A stretch of 25,689 nucleotides of DNA, from NCBI GenBank assembly GCA_004284765.1, contig NQJD01000035.1, positions 1 through 25,689 of the forward strand. The letters run 5' to 3'. The translations under genes and the position numbers were made by a program. The notes beneath the pieces were generated by a model. That model was not told where the DNA came from, made no database searches, and saw only the letters and a list, made by a program, of their open reading frames with translations. Source of the stretch: Candidatus Electronema aureum (GTDB lineage Bacteria > Desulfobacterota > Desulfobulbia > Desulfobulbales > Desulfobulbaceae). Below are positions 23,902 through 25,689 of this stretch, one piece after another (position 1 is the first letter of the stretch; every line of letters begins with the position of its first letter).

Positions 23902-24378
23902 TTATAAGTAGTTAATTTTAATATCTTTTCCTTTGTACCGAATAAATCTTATTGTATAAATTGATATAATCACAAAACTGGTCTCAATAATTGATATTAT
24001 GTTAATCCTTAGATAATCTAAAGGATTAATAATCATTAAAAATTCAACTGGCGAAGCATTGTCTGCATTGAGATTTAACGTGTCAGCAATCGATTCCATG
24101 GCTGATGAATAAATCATAAAGCTTGATGATGAAATAATCAATATCGCAGCTTCGATAAATATAGTTATCTTTCTTGGTCTGTAAATATTAAATCCAGAGC
24201 TAATTAATAGAGCTACATGAAAAACGTAAATACAGTTAAGCAATACATTCTTGCTGATTCCCCTTGCTTCAGGCACTATTACAAGGAAAGATAAAAAAAT
24301 TATACTCATAAAAAAAATAAATGTTGATATAAGTTTCCCAAAAAATTCTATAACATTAAGAATGTGTTGAATTTTCAT
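23902..24378 (-). CDS. Hypothetical polytopic membrane protein (158 aa) in the very AT-rich block
   Basis: ATG start. About 4 hydrophobic segments (STFIFFMSIIFLSFLVIV, CIYVFHVALLISSGF, IFIEAAILIISSSSFMIY, IISIIETSFVIISIY). A long stop-free frame in roughly 27 percent GC DNA is unlikely by chance. Confidence 0.5.
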   Translation of the reverse strand: MKIQHILNVIEFFGKLISTFIFFMSIIFLSFLVIVPEARGISKNVLLNCIYVFHVALLISSGFNIYRPRKITIFIEAAILIISSSSFMIYSSAMESIADTLNLNADNASPVEFLMIINPLDYLRINIISIIETSFVIISIYTIRFIRYKGKDIKINYL

Positions 24379-24682
24379 AACGAATAAAAAATAAAAAGAT
24401 TAATAATGCTACAGGATATAGAAAACAATCGTAATCAATATCGAAATAGTTCCAATTAATTATACTACAAAAATATCCTGTTATGCTATCCTTACACAGC
24501 AAGGTAATATACAAAACAATAATCTGAATATATAAAAAATAACTTACGCGATGAAGGTACTGTTTGCTTTTTCCTGCGAAAAGAGCACTTATTAAAAATA
24601 ATAAAAAATCAACAAAAAAGAAAACATATTTTACACGCGAAAAGAAAACTATATTTTTTGTTAAAAAAATAATATAGAATAA
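24356..24682 (-). pseudogene. 108-codon stop-free hydrophobic frame with no ATG/GTG start (pseudogene or non-canonical start)
   Basis: My hand translation of the minus strand: ..KNIVFFSRVKYVFFFVDFLLFLISALFAGKSKQYLHRVSYFLYIQIIVLYITLLCKDSITGYFCSIINWNYFDIDYDCFLYPVALLIFLFFIRYENSTHS-stop. The only TTG codons are mid-frame. It bridges the two flanking AT-rich ORFs. Confidence 0.3.
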
Positions 24683-25386
24683 TTAAGAACTGAGTTTGAA
24701 CAATACGATTTAGCTAAAACAAAATAATCTCCCAATAGAAAGCTCTTCCTCTGAGAAAGCTCTGAAGAAGCATTATTGTATGCCATCGGGTTGCATCCCA
24801 AAACCGACTTGCTGTACATATCGCATATACATTCCTTTACAATACGATCAGTATCTAATTTTTTACGAAAAAACAAGAATACAGCATAGCAAATTGAAAT
24901 TTTAGAAAAAAATCGCCATGCAACGTTTATCTCTTCGTATTTGCAATTCAACTCTCCAACTAAAATTCCTATCGGAAATCCGATGGATATAGAAAATATT
25001 ATTGATAATATGTCATTATTAAGTATCAATAACCGACCAATATTGCGATCGAGTATTCTATAATGACACAATTCATGATGCAATATAAAGTAAAATAAAT
25101 CTTTTTCATGGAAAAATTTTACAATATCTGGCGCACCGATAAAAACACCTCTTCTGCAAAGAAAAGTTGCTGCATCATGGTAAAATACTCTTAATGATGA
25201 AAAGTATTCATATCTTGATATCTCGCTTGCTATTTTGATGAAATATTCATTCTTGACATCTGGATCGAGTTGCTTTGGCTTTGGAGCCATTAAAAACCGT
25301 GCAACGATATATATAGCTATAGGAATACAATTTGCTGCAAAAGTGTATAAGATGAATTGCATTTCCTCTGATAGCATAGCTATCAT
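24661..25386 (-). CDS. Membrane protein with an HExxH zinc-metalloprotease motif (M56/BlaR1- or M48-like)
   Basis: FILHHELCHYRILDRN resembles the HELxH..RD motif of M56 peptidases, flanked by hydrophobic segments (FILYTFAANCIPIAIYIVARFLM, ILSIIFSISIGFPIGILVG, ISICYAVFLFF). The track start (25422) is a TTG inside the IS end. The first ATG is at 25386. Confidence 0.5.
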   Translation of the reverse strand: MIAMLSEEMQFILYTFAANCIPIAIYIVARFLMAPKPKQLDPDVKNEYFIKIASEISRYEYFSSLRVFYHDAATFLCRRGVFIGAPDIVKFFHEKDLFYFILHHELCHYRILDRNIGRLLILNNDILSIIFSISIGFPIGILVGELNCKYEEINVAWRFFSKISICYAVFLFFRKKLDTDRIVKECICDMYSKSVLGCNPMAYNNASSELSQRKSFLLGDYFVLAKSYCSNSVLNYSILFF

Positions 25387-25408
25387 TTTGTCAAATTTAT
25401 CTTGAGTG

Positions 25409-25689
25409 TACCTAATGTGCAACTCTTAAAAAAGATGCCCGATCCATTGGGCGCATCCTGTAGAATAGTGGTATCTAAGCCCTATTCACAAGGAGTGCGC
25501 CAATGGATCGAGACGATTTTGTTATTGCTGTCTTTCTGCTTGTCTGTGAACAATACGGTGTCATCAGGCAGCAATGTCGGCTGCGGCGGGGCGGATTTAA
25601 CCCTGCCTTAACAGATGAAGAAGTCATCACTATGGAAATCTGCGGCGAGTATTTCAAACTCGAATGTGATAAGGACATCTTCGCATACT
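25409..25689 (+). mobile_element. IS element, transposase-proximal end (copy B); the element continues off the right edge
   Basis: Exact reverse complement of nt 1-281. Confidence 0.8.
25503..25689 (+). CDS. DDE transposase, N-terminal fragment (IS982-like); truncated by the window edge
   Basis: Identical to the ORF at 1..187 (minus), with AAGGAG 7 nt upstream of ATG 25503. Confidence 0.6.
   Translation, partial: MDRDDFVIAVFLLVCEQYGVIRQQCRLRRGGFNPALTDEEVITMEICGEYFKLECDKDIFAY

Noticed and set aside
1-25689. Interpreting the IS-bracketed 25 kb as a functional composite transposon
   Set aside because: The interior is dominated by essential single-copy housekeeping genes (rplU, rpmA, obg, tsaD, rsmA, dnaE) in conserved local arrangements. 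It is more likely chromosome backbone that acquired two IS copies, or a contig bounded by repeats. It is kept only as a geometric observation in the findings.

Overview
This 25.7-kb bacterial chromosomal segment is bracketed by two base-for-base identical, inverted 281-bp copies of the transposase-proximal end of an IS element. Both transposase ORFs read outward off the window edges.

The interior is mostly housekeeping backbone: S41 C-terminal protease, SYLF protein, an unlisted 51-aa rubredoxin, rplU-rpmA, obg-proB, hemerythrin, bioD, moaA, tsaD, rsmA and dnaE.

Several accessory or unusual pieces are embedded in it:
1. A HindIII-like type II restriction-modification pair sits between rpmA and obg.
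2. A ~0.6-kb low-GC insert flanked by 36-bp direct repeats lies between the convergent bioD and moaA 3' ends.
3. Three tandem DUF2062-like paralogues sit between tsaD and rsmA.
4. An LRR-Roc-COR (Roco) GTPase is preceded by a 23-bp-phased decamer array and large perfect palindromes.
5. A hicBA toxin-antitoxin cassette is flanked by near-identical palindromes.
6. A 443-aa LAGLIDADG intein interrupts the GFNK/SHSAAY motif of dnaE.
7. A ~1.5-kb very AT-rich block abuts the right IS copy and encodes membrane proteins, one with an HExxH motif.

I saw no rRNA, tRNA or CRISPR array. All calls rest on reading the sequence and recalled family motifs. No searches were run, and GC statements come from hand counts of sample 60-nt lines only.
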